Source: Candidatus Woesearchaeota archaeon | GTDB taxonomy: Archaea > Nanobdellota > Nanobdellia > Woesearchaeales > GW2011-AR9 | Assembly: GCA_018696595.1 (NCBI GenBank) | Contig: JABHQW010000002.1 | Location: 38,420 to 102,419, forward strand | Reading direction: 5' to 3' | Length of the DNA: 64,000 nt | Shown here: in pieces, positions 17,415 to 28,900 of the stretch | How the letters are laid out: the number at the start of each line of letters is the position of its first letter | Position numbering within the stretch: position 1 is the first letter of the stretch | Notes under the pieces: model-generated | The model's database searches: none | What the model was told of the DNA's origin: nothing | The model's input: the letters and a program-made list of their open reading frames with translations, nothing else | Made by a program: the position numbers and the translations under genes

Positions 17415-19619
17415 TTAATTAAATAAATTCTTTAAGAAAGTTGAAATTGCTCCACCAGTAATAGCGTTTCCTTCTTCTGGTTCAGCTTCTGGTTCAGGAG
17501 TTGGTTCGGGTTCCACAACTTCGGGTTCGGACTCTTCTTCCTCTTCTTCAACTTCGGGTTCACTTTCTACTACTTCTGGCTCCTCATTACTTCCAGAATT
17601 GTCATCAGAACCTGGTGGGCCACTTTCTCCATAACCTAAGCAAACACATTGACCATCTACACAGTCTGTGTTTTGATCACCACACTCTTGTTCACAGCCA
17701 TCACTACATTCACTTGTTGGGTGAGATTTACATTCACCATACTCACAATAAGTGTCTTCTGGGCAAAGAATTGCATCACAACCTTCTTTCCAATCGTCTC
17801 CTTCTTTATCATCGTAGTAACATTCACACTGATCATCTATACAATCTGTACTAGAAGCGCCAGGACATTTACTTTCACAATCACCGCAACCTCCTTCGTC
17901 TGGGAAACATTGTCCATATTGACAACTATATCCTTGCTGGCAATCTATTGCTCCACATCCTTCATTTGAATCTGAAGTGCATTTACAATTTTTACCATTG
18001 TCATCACAGATGTGTAATTCATCAGCGGCACAATCTTGTTTTGATTCTCCTTCCATTTTCTTTTGAATTTTTTTACATTCATCCCAATCTCTTCTTCCAG
18101 AACCATCTAACCCTGCATCTAAACATTCTTGTGGGGCTTCTAACTTAAACTGAACCGGTTTACATTTTTTCCATGGGTCTCTGTCATCGGCAAATTGGTG
18201 ACATTCCTCTGGCGCATCCAACATGAAAGTAATCTTATTACACTTTTTCCAATCATCTTTACCTTCTCCAGTTAATCCTGCATCTAAACACTCTTGTGGA
18301 GAATCTAACTTGAAACGGATAGTTTCACATTTCTTCCAATCATCTCTATGTGTTCCATCAATACCTGCATCTAAACATTCTTGTGGTGCATCTAATTTGA
18401 ATCTAATTGCATCACACTTCTTCCAATCGTCTCTTCCAGAACCAGTTAAACCCGCATCAATACATTCTTGTGGTGCGTCTAACTTAAACATATATTTTTC
18501 ACATGTTCGGAAACTTTTAAGTCCTGCATCAATACATTCTTGTGGTGCGTCTTGTTTAAACATAATTTGTTCACAAGCTTCTCTAGAATCTCGTTCATTA
18601 TTAATGTCGATTTTTCCTGCTTCTAAAGCTTTAACACAAGGTTCAGGACCATGGATCTTAAACATAACTTTTGAACAGGCTTCTTTACTTTCTGCACCAG
18701 CTTCAACACATTCTATTGGAATATGGAAATCATGTTTTGAATCTCCATAATTATCTTCTAAATCTGCCATAACATTTTGTAAGTAGTCTGGAAGTAAATC
18801 TATTGGGTCTCCTGCCTTTTCCATTTCTTTACAAGCTTCTTCATCTCCAGCATCACATTGTGCCGCTAAAGGGGCAATGATATTACATTGTTCTGCAAAA
18901 GGTTTTACAGAGATATCATCACATCGACATTCACTAGGATTATCAAAACATTCAGACATAATTTCAAAAAATTCTTTAGCTTCTTGCTCTTGTTCTTCAG
19001 TTAATTCTTCATCTAAATCTCTTTTCCATTTAGGTGCATCATCATCAGTTTTACAAATTTTTGAATATTCTAATGGGTCTATGTCTGAGAGGGCTCGACA
19101 TAGTTCAGCAATCTTATTAGAAATCTTTGCAGCTAAAGCAATTTTATCTTCTTCTTTAAGATTATCATTGATACCATCTTTAACATCTTCCCAGTCTTCA
19201 TCTACTTCGAAAGAGTTTAAAATAACTTTTACAGCTTTACTACTTTCTCTAACTTCTCTTTCTATTTCTGGAGATACTTCTTTTTTAATAATTTTGTTAT
19301 ACCTTTCAACACCTTCTAAAGCTTTTTCTGCTCCTTCTTGGTTGTTATCTTCAATCATTGCTTTTAGTTCTAGAATTTTTTCCTCTTTATATTCTAAAGC
19401 AGTTTCTGGATTGTCTCCCACTAACATATTTTCTAGTAACGTTTCCATAAAATATAACGCACTGTCTGGAGTCATTCCAGCTTCACCTTTCAACTCAACG
19501 TCATTAACATCTTGATAAATATCTTCTTCTAAGACTTCATTGTACTCTTCATCATAATCTTGAGCAGTAACAGTCATTGCTAATAATATAATTAATAGTA
19601 CAGAAATTATTTTTTTCAT
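17415..19619 (-). CDS. Secreted Cys-rich repeat protein with DUF5667-like N-terminal region
   Basis: Signal peptide MKKIISVLLIILLAMTVTA, AGMTPDSALYFME, about 7 DAPQECLDAG..DDWKKC repeats, Glu/Pro-rich tail. Confidence 0.8.
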   Translation of the reverse strand: MKKIISVLLIILLAMTVTAQDYDEEYNEVLEEDIYQDVNDVELKGEAGMTPDSALYFMETLLENMLVGDNPETALEYKEEKILELKAMIEDNNQEGAEKALEGVERYNKIIKKEVSPEIEREVRESSKAVKVILNSFEVDEDWEDVKDGINDNLKEEDKIALAAKISNKIAELCRALSDIDPLEYSKICKTDDDAPKWKRDLDEELTEEQEQEAKEFFEIMSECFDNPSECRCDDISVKPFAEQCNIIAPLAAQCDAGDEEACKEMEKAGDPIDLLPDYLQNVMADLEDNYGDSKHDFHIPIECVEAGAESKEACSKVMFKIHGPEPCVKALEAGKIDINNERDSREACEQIMFKQDAPQECIDAGLKSFRTCEKYMFKLDAPQECIDAGLTGSGRDDWKKCDAIRFKLDAPQECLDAGIDGTHRDDWKKCETIRFKLDSPQECLDAGLTGEGKDDWKKCNKITFMLDAPEECHQFADDRDPWKKCKPVQFKLEAPQECLDAGLDGSGRRDWDECKKIQKKMEGESKQDCAADELHICDDNGKNCKCTSDSNEGCGAIDCQQGYSCQYGQCFPDEGGCGDCESKCPGASSTDCIDDQCECYYDDKEGDDWKEGCDAILCPEDTYCEYGECKSHPTSECSDGCEQECGDQNTDCVDGQCVCLGYGESGPPGSDDNSGSNEEPEVVESEPEVEEEEEESEPEVVEPEPTPEPEAEPEEGNAITGGAISTFLKNLFN

Positions 19620-19704
19620 TTGTATACACCTCTTTGAATTTATCTAAGTATAATTTAGTTATATATAAAAGTAATCTCTCTTTTCCGAAATCTTTATAAA
19701 TAAT

Positions 19705-19733
19705 TGTGCATTAATGCAATGCATTGACGCACA
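19705..19733. promoter_or_regulatory. 29-bp imperfect palindrome (putative operator) downstream of a TTTATAAA box
   Basis: TGTGCATTAATGCA-A-TGCATTGACGCACA, 12 of 14 positions paired; TATA at 19693-19700. Confidence 0.65.
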
Positions 19734-19734
19734 A

Positions 19735-19929
19735 ATGAGTAAAACAAAAAAAGAGTTGACAATAGGACTTCTAAAGAAAGACACAGATGGTTTGACAATT
19801 ATTGAGATTGCAAATAAGCTAAAAGTTTCTCGGAACACTGTTCCCGTTATATTGGCAGAACTTAAAGGGGAAGGCAAGATTCGTATTAGGCCAGTTGGTA
19901 AAGCAAAACTTCATTATTGGAAAAAATGA
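19735..19929 (+). CDS. Small winged-helix/HTH transcriptional regulator
   Basis: LLKKDTDGLTIIEIANKLKVSRNTVPVILAELKGEGKIRIRPVGKAKLHYW; stop overlaps the next ATG (ATGA). Confidence 0.85.
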   Translation: MSKTKKELTIGLLKKDTDGLTIIEIANKLKVSRNTVPVILAELKGEGKIRIRPVGKAKLHYWKK

Positions 19930-22900
19930 AGAAAAACATAATTGCAGGAATTGTACTTTTATTCATCGTAGTAGTCTTAGCTTTATCTATCTCCCAAACA
20001 GAAACCGCAATTACTGGTGCGGTTATTGGGATTCATCAAGAAAACTTTACTGTGGATGAAAATGTTACTATTACAATCCCGGATTCCGAAAAAACAATCT
20101 TGGATTTTAATGAAACAATAATTGAAAATGTAACTGAAAAGTTGCCTTTGGGAACAAATGAAACGATTTTTGTTAATGAAACTATTGAATTGCCTATTGA
20201 TGAACCTGAAGAAATTCCTGGTTCGGGGGAAGAATCAACTGAAAACGAAATTACCGGGGGCATTACTGTTGATTTACCCATTGAAAATATTTCTGATGAA
20301 ATTGTTGAACTGCCCATTGAAGAACCTTTAATTATTAATGAAACAATTGAAGGACCAACTGTTAACAAAACCTTTGAAACAAATAAAAAGGTGGGAGAAA
20401 TTAACACAACTAATTCTTTAGGAAAATTAAATGCAATTACTCCACTTGATTTAGGATCTCAAAATCTAGTTTTAACTAGTGGGGGAAATACCCAATCTTC
20501 CGATGCTCAAAACACTGCTGAATGGAGGATGCAGGGTCGAGATTTACAACGTACTGCTTATTATCCTGGATCTACACCAGTAAATATTTCTACTGAAACC
20601 CAAATTACTAAAACGGGTTTAAGTTTATCTTCTGCTCAAGCTGCTGTGGCTGGTGGATTTATGTACATTGGTGATAATGCTCGTCTTTACAAAGTTAATG
20701 CTTTTAATGTTAGTCAAGAAATTGATCGTTCGGGAAGTCTCTCAACATTATACATCACTGGCCCTACAGTTTGGGGAGATTTTGTTTATGTTACTAATGG
20801 GGGTACTTATTATCAAATTAACACTTCTAATTTGAGTCAAACTCTTGCTACTTTTTCTGTTGGTAGTCAAAGTTGGGCTAATCCCATTATTTATGATGGG
20901 CTAATTTATTTTGCTAGTACGAGTACAGACAAGTTATACAAGAATAACGCTAGTAACATTAGTCATTCAATTGCAAGTTATTCAATGACTAATTGCGATT
21001 CTAACATTGCTATTGATAATAATTTCATGTATATTGCTTGTGGGAATGTTGTAAGTCAACTTAATATGTCTAATCTTTCTCAAACTTACGCTTCATATAA
21101 TGTTGGGCATGTAAATAATCGGGGTGGAATAACTATTGGTGGTGGTTTTGCTTATGTTGGAGAAGAAACAAATGACAAGGTTTGGCAATTAAATGCATCT
21201 AATGTTTCGCAGTTGATTGCAACTTATAGTGCTGGTGGAGATGTAGAAGCTGCTGTTGCTTATACTTCAGATTATGTTTATGCTGGTAGTTGGGATGGTA
21301 ATTTATACCAACTAAATGCTTCTAATGTTTCTCAACTAGTTGCTAGCCTTAATACCGGAACTGTGTATTACACCCCTGTTGTTAGTAATAATCATGTTTT
21401 CGTTACGGCTGGTTCTGGTACGACATATCAATTGAATGCTTCTAATATTGCTCAAATTATTACTACTGAAAGTACAGGGGGTAATTTTAATTCCCCAACA
21501 ATTGCCAATGGAATTGTTTATGCTCATAGTGGTAGCACTATGTATCAATATGGTAGTGGTGCACCTATTGTAACTTTAAATTCTCCTGCAGACAATTATA
21601 TTAATCAAACTCAAATAGCTTCCATTACATTCAATTGTTCTGCAAGTAGTGGTGTTGGTTTGGCCAATATGAGTTTACATCTTACTAACTCATCGAACCA
21701 GAATTTAACTTCAAACCAAACCACTATCATTAATGGAACTAGTAATTCAACCACCTGGAGTGTGACTTTATCTAATGGGACTTACAGTTGGAATTGTTTA
21801 AGTTATGATATTAACGGTTTAGAAGGGTGGGGGGTACAAAGAAGTCTTACTATCGGTGATAGTTATGTTCCTACATTTACTTATACTTCTCCAACCCCTA
21901 CTGATGCGACAGCACAATCCCAAACAAATGTTAAGATTAATATTTCTATTGAAGAGGCAAACCTAAAAGAATTAAAATATAATTGGAATGGAACTAATCA
22001 TACCATTTACAACGATTCTTTAGTTTTAATGTTTAACTTTGATAATCTTTCTGCTTTAAATGAAAATCACACCTATGTTTTTGATGTAAGTGGGAATAAC
22101 AATAATGGGACTTCTGTTAATGAGGCTGGTTCTTTTTCTTCGGGGAAATATGGAGGTGCGTTTGACTTTGATGGCGTTAATGATCAAGTGATTACTCCTA
22201 GCATTTTTGGAATTGGAACTACTAGTTTTACTATTTCCAGTTGGGTTAATTTGGATTCTATCTCTGAGGGTGGTGCTTTTGTAAAAATTGGTGGCACTTC
22301 ACCAAACCAAGGGTTTGCGATTGGTGTTGGGGGAACTACTTTTGATGATACAGGTAATGATTTAATTCTTCTTTACGAAGGGATAAGATGGATTGATACA
22401 AATGATGCAATTGGTACTGGTTGGCACCATGTTGCCATGACTGTTGATAGTAGTGGATATCCTTCAGCATTTATTGATGGTAATTTAACTTATAGTGATA
22501 CCACTGGAACTGGGGCAGCACCTCAACAAGATATTACTTATGTTGGTGGGTATACTGGTTCTGGGGCTGAGAATAGACATGCTGATGTTACTATTGATGA
22601 AGTTCGTATTTGGGGTCGTAGTTTAAATGCTCAAGAGATTTACGAACAATACGCATCAAACCTTAGGAAAATAGATTTAGACTCTTGGGAATTTTATGTT
22701 AACCAAAGTAAGAACTCTACTGCGGTATTAACTGATAGTGCTTATACTTATTCGGTTTATTCCAATGATGTTTACAATCAGGCGGCCTCTAGCACACAAC
22801 AAACAATTACCATTGATACTGTCATTCCAACCTTTGTAAATATTAACAATGTTTCAATTGAACATAAGTTTGCATTGGGAAATAATATCAATGCAACAGA

Positions 22901-25900
22901 TACTGTTGCGTTAAGTTGTTTTACTGTTAATGATACAACAAACTTTAAAATTAATTGTTCTGGTTATCTGGAGAATAATACAATTGTTGATGTTGCAAGA
23001 TATGATTTATTAATAACAATCAATGATACTGCAGGAAATACTAATCAACAAACAATGTTTGTTAATATTACTCCAGATGTTACTCTACCTACATTTACTA
23101 CTATTGCAAATCAAACTGTAGAATATGGGGCTTCATTGGGTTATGATATTGAAGCAAGTGATAATAATCAGTTTGACTGTTTTGTAGTAAATGATACAAC
23201 AAGGTTTAAAGTTAATTGTTCTGGTTATTTAGAGAATAATACCGTGTTAAGTATTAACCGTTACTGGCTAAATCTTACCATTAATGATTCTTCAAATAAT
23301 GTAAATTATGACACTATGTGGGTTAATGTTTCAGATACTATTTCCCCAACAATTTCTATTGTTTATCCCACTAATGGGACTAATACCACTAATACTTTAC
23401 TAAATGTTAATTATACTGTTTCCGATTTAAATACATTATCTTGCTGGTATAGTAATGATACAATGAGTGTGAATACAACTTTGGTAAGTTGTGCAAATAT
23501 CACCTCTGTGGTTTGGGGTGAAGGGCAACATAATATCACTGTTTGGGTTAATGACACTTATAATAACAAGAATAGTTCTGGCATTACATTTACAGTAGAT
23601 TTATCAGCCCCAACATTTACTGCAATTGCTAACCAAAGCTTTCTAAGCAAGAATTCTTTAGCATATGATGTTGATGCAACGGATGTTGTTGGGGTGAGTT
23701 GCTTTACAGTTAATGACACCACTAATTTCCAGATTAATTGTTCTGGTTATTTACAAAACAATACTGCTTTGAGTGTTGGTACTTATTGGTTGAACATTAC
23801 AGTTAATGACACTTTTAATTTTAACAACTCAGCTTTAATGTATGTTGAAGTAAACACTACTCCCACTATTGGTTTAACTTTAGTTTCTCCAATGGGTAAT
23901 ATTAATGTTACTCAAAACAAATCTTTTAGTGTTTCTGCGACGGTAAGTTGTAGTAATGCTGATTGTGGAGAAGTTAATGTTAGTTTAGATCCAGCAACAG
24001 ATAGAACTCTCAGAACTTGTTCTGGAGTTTGGGGCGCTAGTTGTGTCGGTTCGGACCCAACAACAGGAGATTATAGTTATGATAGTTGTGCAGCGGGATC
24101 ATATTATTCTAATGGTTTCTGGGTTGATGAAGTTCACGTTGACGCCACTACTGTTGCAATAGGGGATACAATCAATATAACCTGTGATTATGATTGTTAT
24201 TCCTCTTCTAGCCTCAACGATATTGCAATTATGTATTATAACGGGACTTGGAATAAGATCTGGCGACAAGATAGTGCTTGCACTGATGGGAATTATTCAC
24301 AAGCTGTTGTTATTAGTGGTGCTGTTGGTGTACAAAAAGCAAGATGTTCCATTGGTTATAATTTGTACCCTAATGATGCAACAGATGATGTCTGTTTTGA
24401 TACCACTTATTCTGATAATGATGATGTTAATTTTACAGTTGTTGCATCTGGGAAATCAGGATTGGTTTCAATGAATACTTCTGCTACTCCATTTTGGACG
24501 TCTGTAACCAATCCCTATAACTTAACATTAAATGTTGGGGAATCTTCTACCATCACTTGGACAGTTAATGCAACTGGAGACACTAATGTCACTCATGAGT
24601 TTTTTGTTTATGTTAATCAGACTGCGGACAAAACAATTAGTAATATTACTGCTAAATGGAATGTCACCATTGTTAATTTTACTGTTAGTGCACAAGCCCC
24701 TTCTGTTAGTATTGTGTATCCAGTTGCGAGTACAAATTACAATACAGATGTTACTCTTATGAATTATACGGTTACTACAGATCCTGCTTGGCAAACATTA
24801 AATCAGTGTTGGTATAGTACAGATAGTGGAGTGACAAACTCAAGTAAAGTTGCTGGAGGAATTAATTTTACAGGTCTGACAAGTGTAGCTGATTCAAATA
24901 CTTGGACCGTTTATTGTGATGATAATAATAGTTTGGTAGGCACAGGTAGTGTTACTTTTCAGAGAATTCCAGTGATCAATTTGACTTTAGTTTATCCTAC
25001 TCAGAATATTAATGTTAGTCAAAATGAATTTTTTAATGTTACCACGATAGTAAGTTGTAGCAATGTGAATTGTGGAGAAATAAATGTTACATTAGATCCA
25101 GAGGTTGGTACTTATTATAACTTTACCACTTGTGGAGCAAGTGGGGTAAATGGACCCACTCAAGCAAATTGCACTGCCAATTATACTGGAACAACTCTTG
25201 CGGGTCTTGTAACAATAAATACAACTGGTTATCAAGAATTTTTAGTTCCCACAACTGGAACATATCTTATTGGGGCCTATGGTGCAAGCGGTGGAACTCA
25301 ACCGCAAAACACACCCGTAAGTGAGGGTGCTTTTATCTCTGGGAATGTGAGTCTTACTGCAGGAACAAAACTGATTATTGTTGTTGGTCAAGTTGGAGCG
25401 AGTAGTGCCATCTCAGATAATGAAGCGGGGGCAGGAGGGGGAACTTTTGTTACTTCTGGAAATAATTATACTATTTCGTCACCTTTAATTGTTGCTGGAG
25501 GGGGTTCCGGGGCAGGATCGGATAGTAACGGAGGAAATGCATATATTTTAACTGATGGAATTGGCTCTGGATGTACCTTAGGGGGAGCATGTACTAATCA
25601 GAATGATGGTGCTGGTTTTTATTTTAATAATAGTGTTGCAGCAGGTGCAAAATCATTTAGAAATGGGGCAACGGGGGGAACAACACTAAGTGGAAGCCCA
25701 AGTTTTGGAAATGGTGGTTTTGGCGGAGGCGGCGGCGGCACTAATGAAGATGGGTCTGGTGGTGGAGGATTTACAGGGGGAATAGGAGCTGATTCAGTTG
25801 TGGCAACAAGAGGTGGTGCTTCATTTATTAATACTACTTTAGTAAATTTAAGTAGCAATACCACTACTGGATATAGTGGGGATGGAAAAGTTTTTATTCA

Positions 25901-28900
25901 GTTTTTAGCAGGGGGTAGTAAGAGTGGCATTATTTCAACAAACATTTCTGCCACTCCTTTTTACACTAATGTTACTAATCCCTATAATTTATCTTTGAAT
26001 GCAGGAGATTCAGAAACTATAACCTGGTGGGTTAATGCCACCGGAGATATTGATGTTACCCACGAGTTTTTTATTTATGCAAACAAAACTTCTGACTTAA
26101 GTATTGGAACTACAACCACAAAATGGAATGTTACTATTAAAGATACCACCTCTCCAACAGTCAATATAATTTATCCTGCTGCTACAACTTATGCTGTTGT
26201 TATTACTGATTTGAATTATACTTATTCTGATGTTAATGACGGTACTAGTTGTTGGTATAGTACTGATAGTGGAGCAACTAATTCCTCTGTCAATAATGTT
26301 GGGATTAATTTCACTGGGTTAAGTAGTCCTGGCGGTGAAAATATTTGGATTGTTTATTGTAATGATAGTTCTGGCAATATTGGTTCTGATACCGTTAATT
26401 TTACCAGTTCCGTTCCAGTGATTGCTTTAAGTTCAGTTTCTCCCAACCAAAATATTAATGTTACTCAGAATGAAACTTTTACTGTTTCAGTGACGGTAAG
26501 TTGTACAAATAATGATTGTGGTGAAGTTAATGTTAGTTTAGATCCTGTGGCTAATACGCAATATAATTTTACCACTTGTGGCACTTCAGGAAAAGATGGC
26601 CCTAATCAATCTCAATGTGATACAAATTATACTGGGACAAACCTTAATGGGCTAGTGACCGTAAATGGAGGGATTCAAAACTGGACAGTACCTTCCACAG
26701 GAACCTATACAATTGAAACTTATGGTGCTTCAGGGGGAGATGGTTCGCTTTCAGAACCAGGATATGGAGCAAGAATGAAGGGTGATTTTGAATTAACTGC
26801 GGGAACAGTTTTATCAATTATTGTCGGGCAAAAAGGAAGTGTGGGTTCTGGCGAAGCAGGAGGCGGTGGCGGTGGAACTTATGTTTGGGATTCCGTGTTA
26901 AATGATCCATTAATTATAGCCGGTGGTGGCGGTGGTACAGGGGATCAGTCACAGGCCGGAGGTAATGACGATGGGAAGAATGCCTCTAATGAAACAAGTG
27001 GTACTGCGGATGGTTCTGGAGGAGGGGCCGGTGGTACTAATGGAACAGGAGGATCTTCTGCAGGTTCTGGGGGCGCAGGTGCAGGATGGTTAACTGATGG
27101 TGCTGATGGTGCTGCTAGTACTGGTGGTCATACCCCTTCAAATGGAGGAATGGGCGGCGACAAAGTTACTGATGGTGGATTTGGTGGTGGTGGTGCTGAC
27201 GGTGATGCTTCTACTGGTTCTGATTCAGAAGGTGGCGGTGGTGGCGGCGGATATTCCGGCGGTGGAGCATCTGGTAGTTCTTCGGACGCAGGTGGTGGCG
27301 GCGGCGGTTCACTTAATAATGGAACTAACCAAAATAATACGATTAGGGCTGATTTAGGTGATGGTCTTGTTACTATTACATCTTTGACTGCAACAAAATC
27401 TGGATTAGTTTCGATGGTGGTGGATACTACTCCATTCTGGACTTCAACAACTAATCCTTACAATGTTTCGTTGAATGAAGGAGAGTCTTCATCTATCTCT
27501 TGGACTGTTAATGCGACAGGAGATCTGAACACAACCCATGATTTCTTTATTTATGCTAACATGACTTCTGATCAATCAATCAATGATGCTACTGCTCATT
27601 GGAATGTTACAATTTCTAACACCACTACTCAACTTGCTCCGACAATAACAATAATTTATCCTACGACTAATAGTTTTACCAGTAACACAGAGTTTGGAAT
27701 TAATTATACTGCAACAAGTACCACTTTAGATTCTTGTTGGTATGGTTACAATGGAGCTAATACTTCATTAGCAAGTTGTGCTAATATTTCAGCTTTAACT
27801 TGGAGTGAGAGTGCACATACTGTTACAATTTATGCGAATGATACAACAGGAAATGTTGGTAGTAGTTCTGTAACTTTTACAATTGATACTATAACTCCCT
27901 TAATCTCTATAGCATATCCAAGCAATAATACAAATAGTACTAACAATGCTTTGAATGTAAACTATACTTACACTGAAACAAATTTGGGAAGTTGTTGGTA
28001 TAGTAATGATACCATGACTAGCAATACAACTTTAGCTAGCTGTGCTAATATAAGTATAACTTGGACTGACGGTCAGCATAACGTAACTGTTTGGGTAAAT
28101 GATTCGGCAGCAAACTTAAATAAAAGTAGCGTGGCCTTTACAATTGATACTACTGTTCCAAATGTTACACTTGAAACACCAGCAGCAAATTATATTGATA
28201 ATAGTGTTGGTAATGTTAATTTAGTGTTTAATTGTTCTGTTATTGATTTAATCAATTTAGCTAATGTTAGTTTGTATATCACAAATAATCTGAATACTAG
28301 TTTTGTTTTAAATCAGACCACTTCATTATCAGGGGTAACTGGTTCTGCTAACTGGACTTTACCTTTGGTTAATGGGAATTATACTTGGAACTGTTTTGTA
28401 GAAGATTTTGTAGGTAATAGTAATTGGTCAATCAATAAAACAATTCTTATCAATTCAACCCCAGATACAGACAATGACGGGATTGAAGATACTACTGATC
28501 CTTTACTTTACAACGAAACAAACGTGACTCAATCAGGAATAACCAGATTAAACATTACTGTTGGCGGTAATAGAACTAATGAAACTTATACTGGGAAACA
28601 AGAAATATTATTTTATGACCAAAATACGTTAATGATTAATTTTAGTCATAATTTTTCATCAAAAAATTTAGATTTAAGTAATGTTACAATTATTAAAGAT
28701 ACTAATTCTATCATTGTAAATCTTTCAGGACAATTGCAAGGGAATAAAACTTTGTATATTACAGATAATAGTTTTGTTACCTTATGTGTTAAAGATGCAG
28801 AAGTAAGTTCGATTTCTGAAGTCAGTTCTGGGTGCGATGGGGATAATGAAACTGATTTTACTTCTTGCTTGGGGGGAAGTCTTAGTGCAAGTGGAATTAA

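Noticed and set aside
17501-19515. Several + strand ORFs (17501, 17649, 17948, 18223, 18877)
   Set aside because: Antisense shadows of the 734-aa repeat protein; their apparent repeats mirror its repeats
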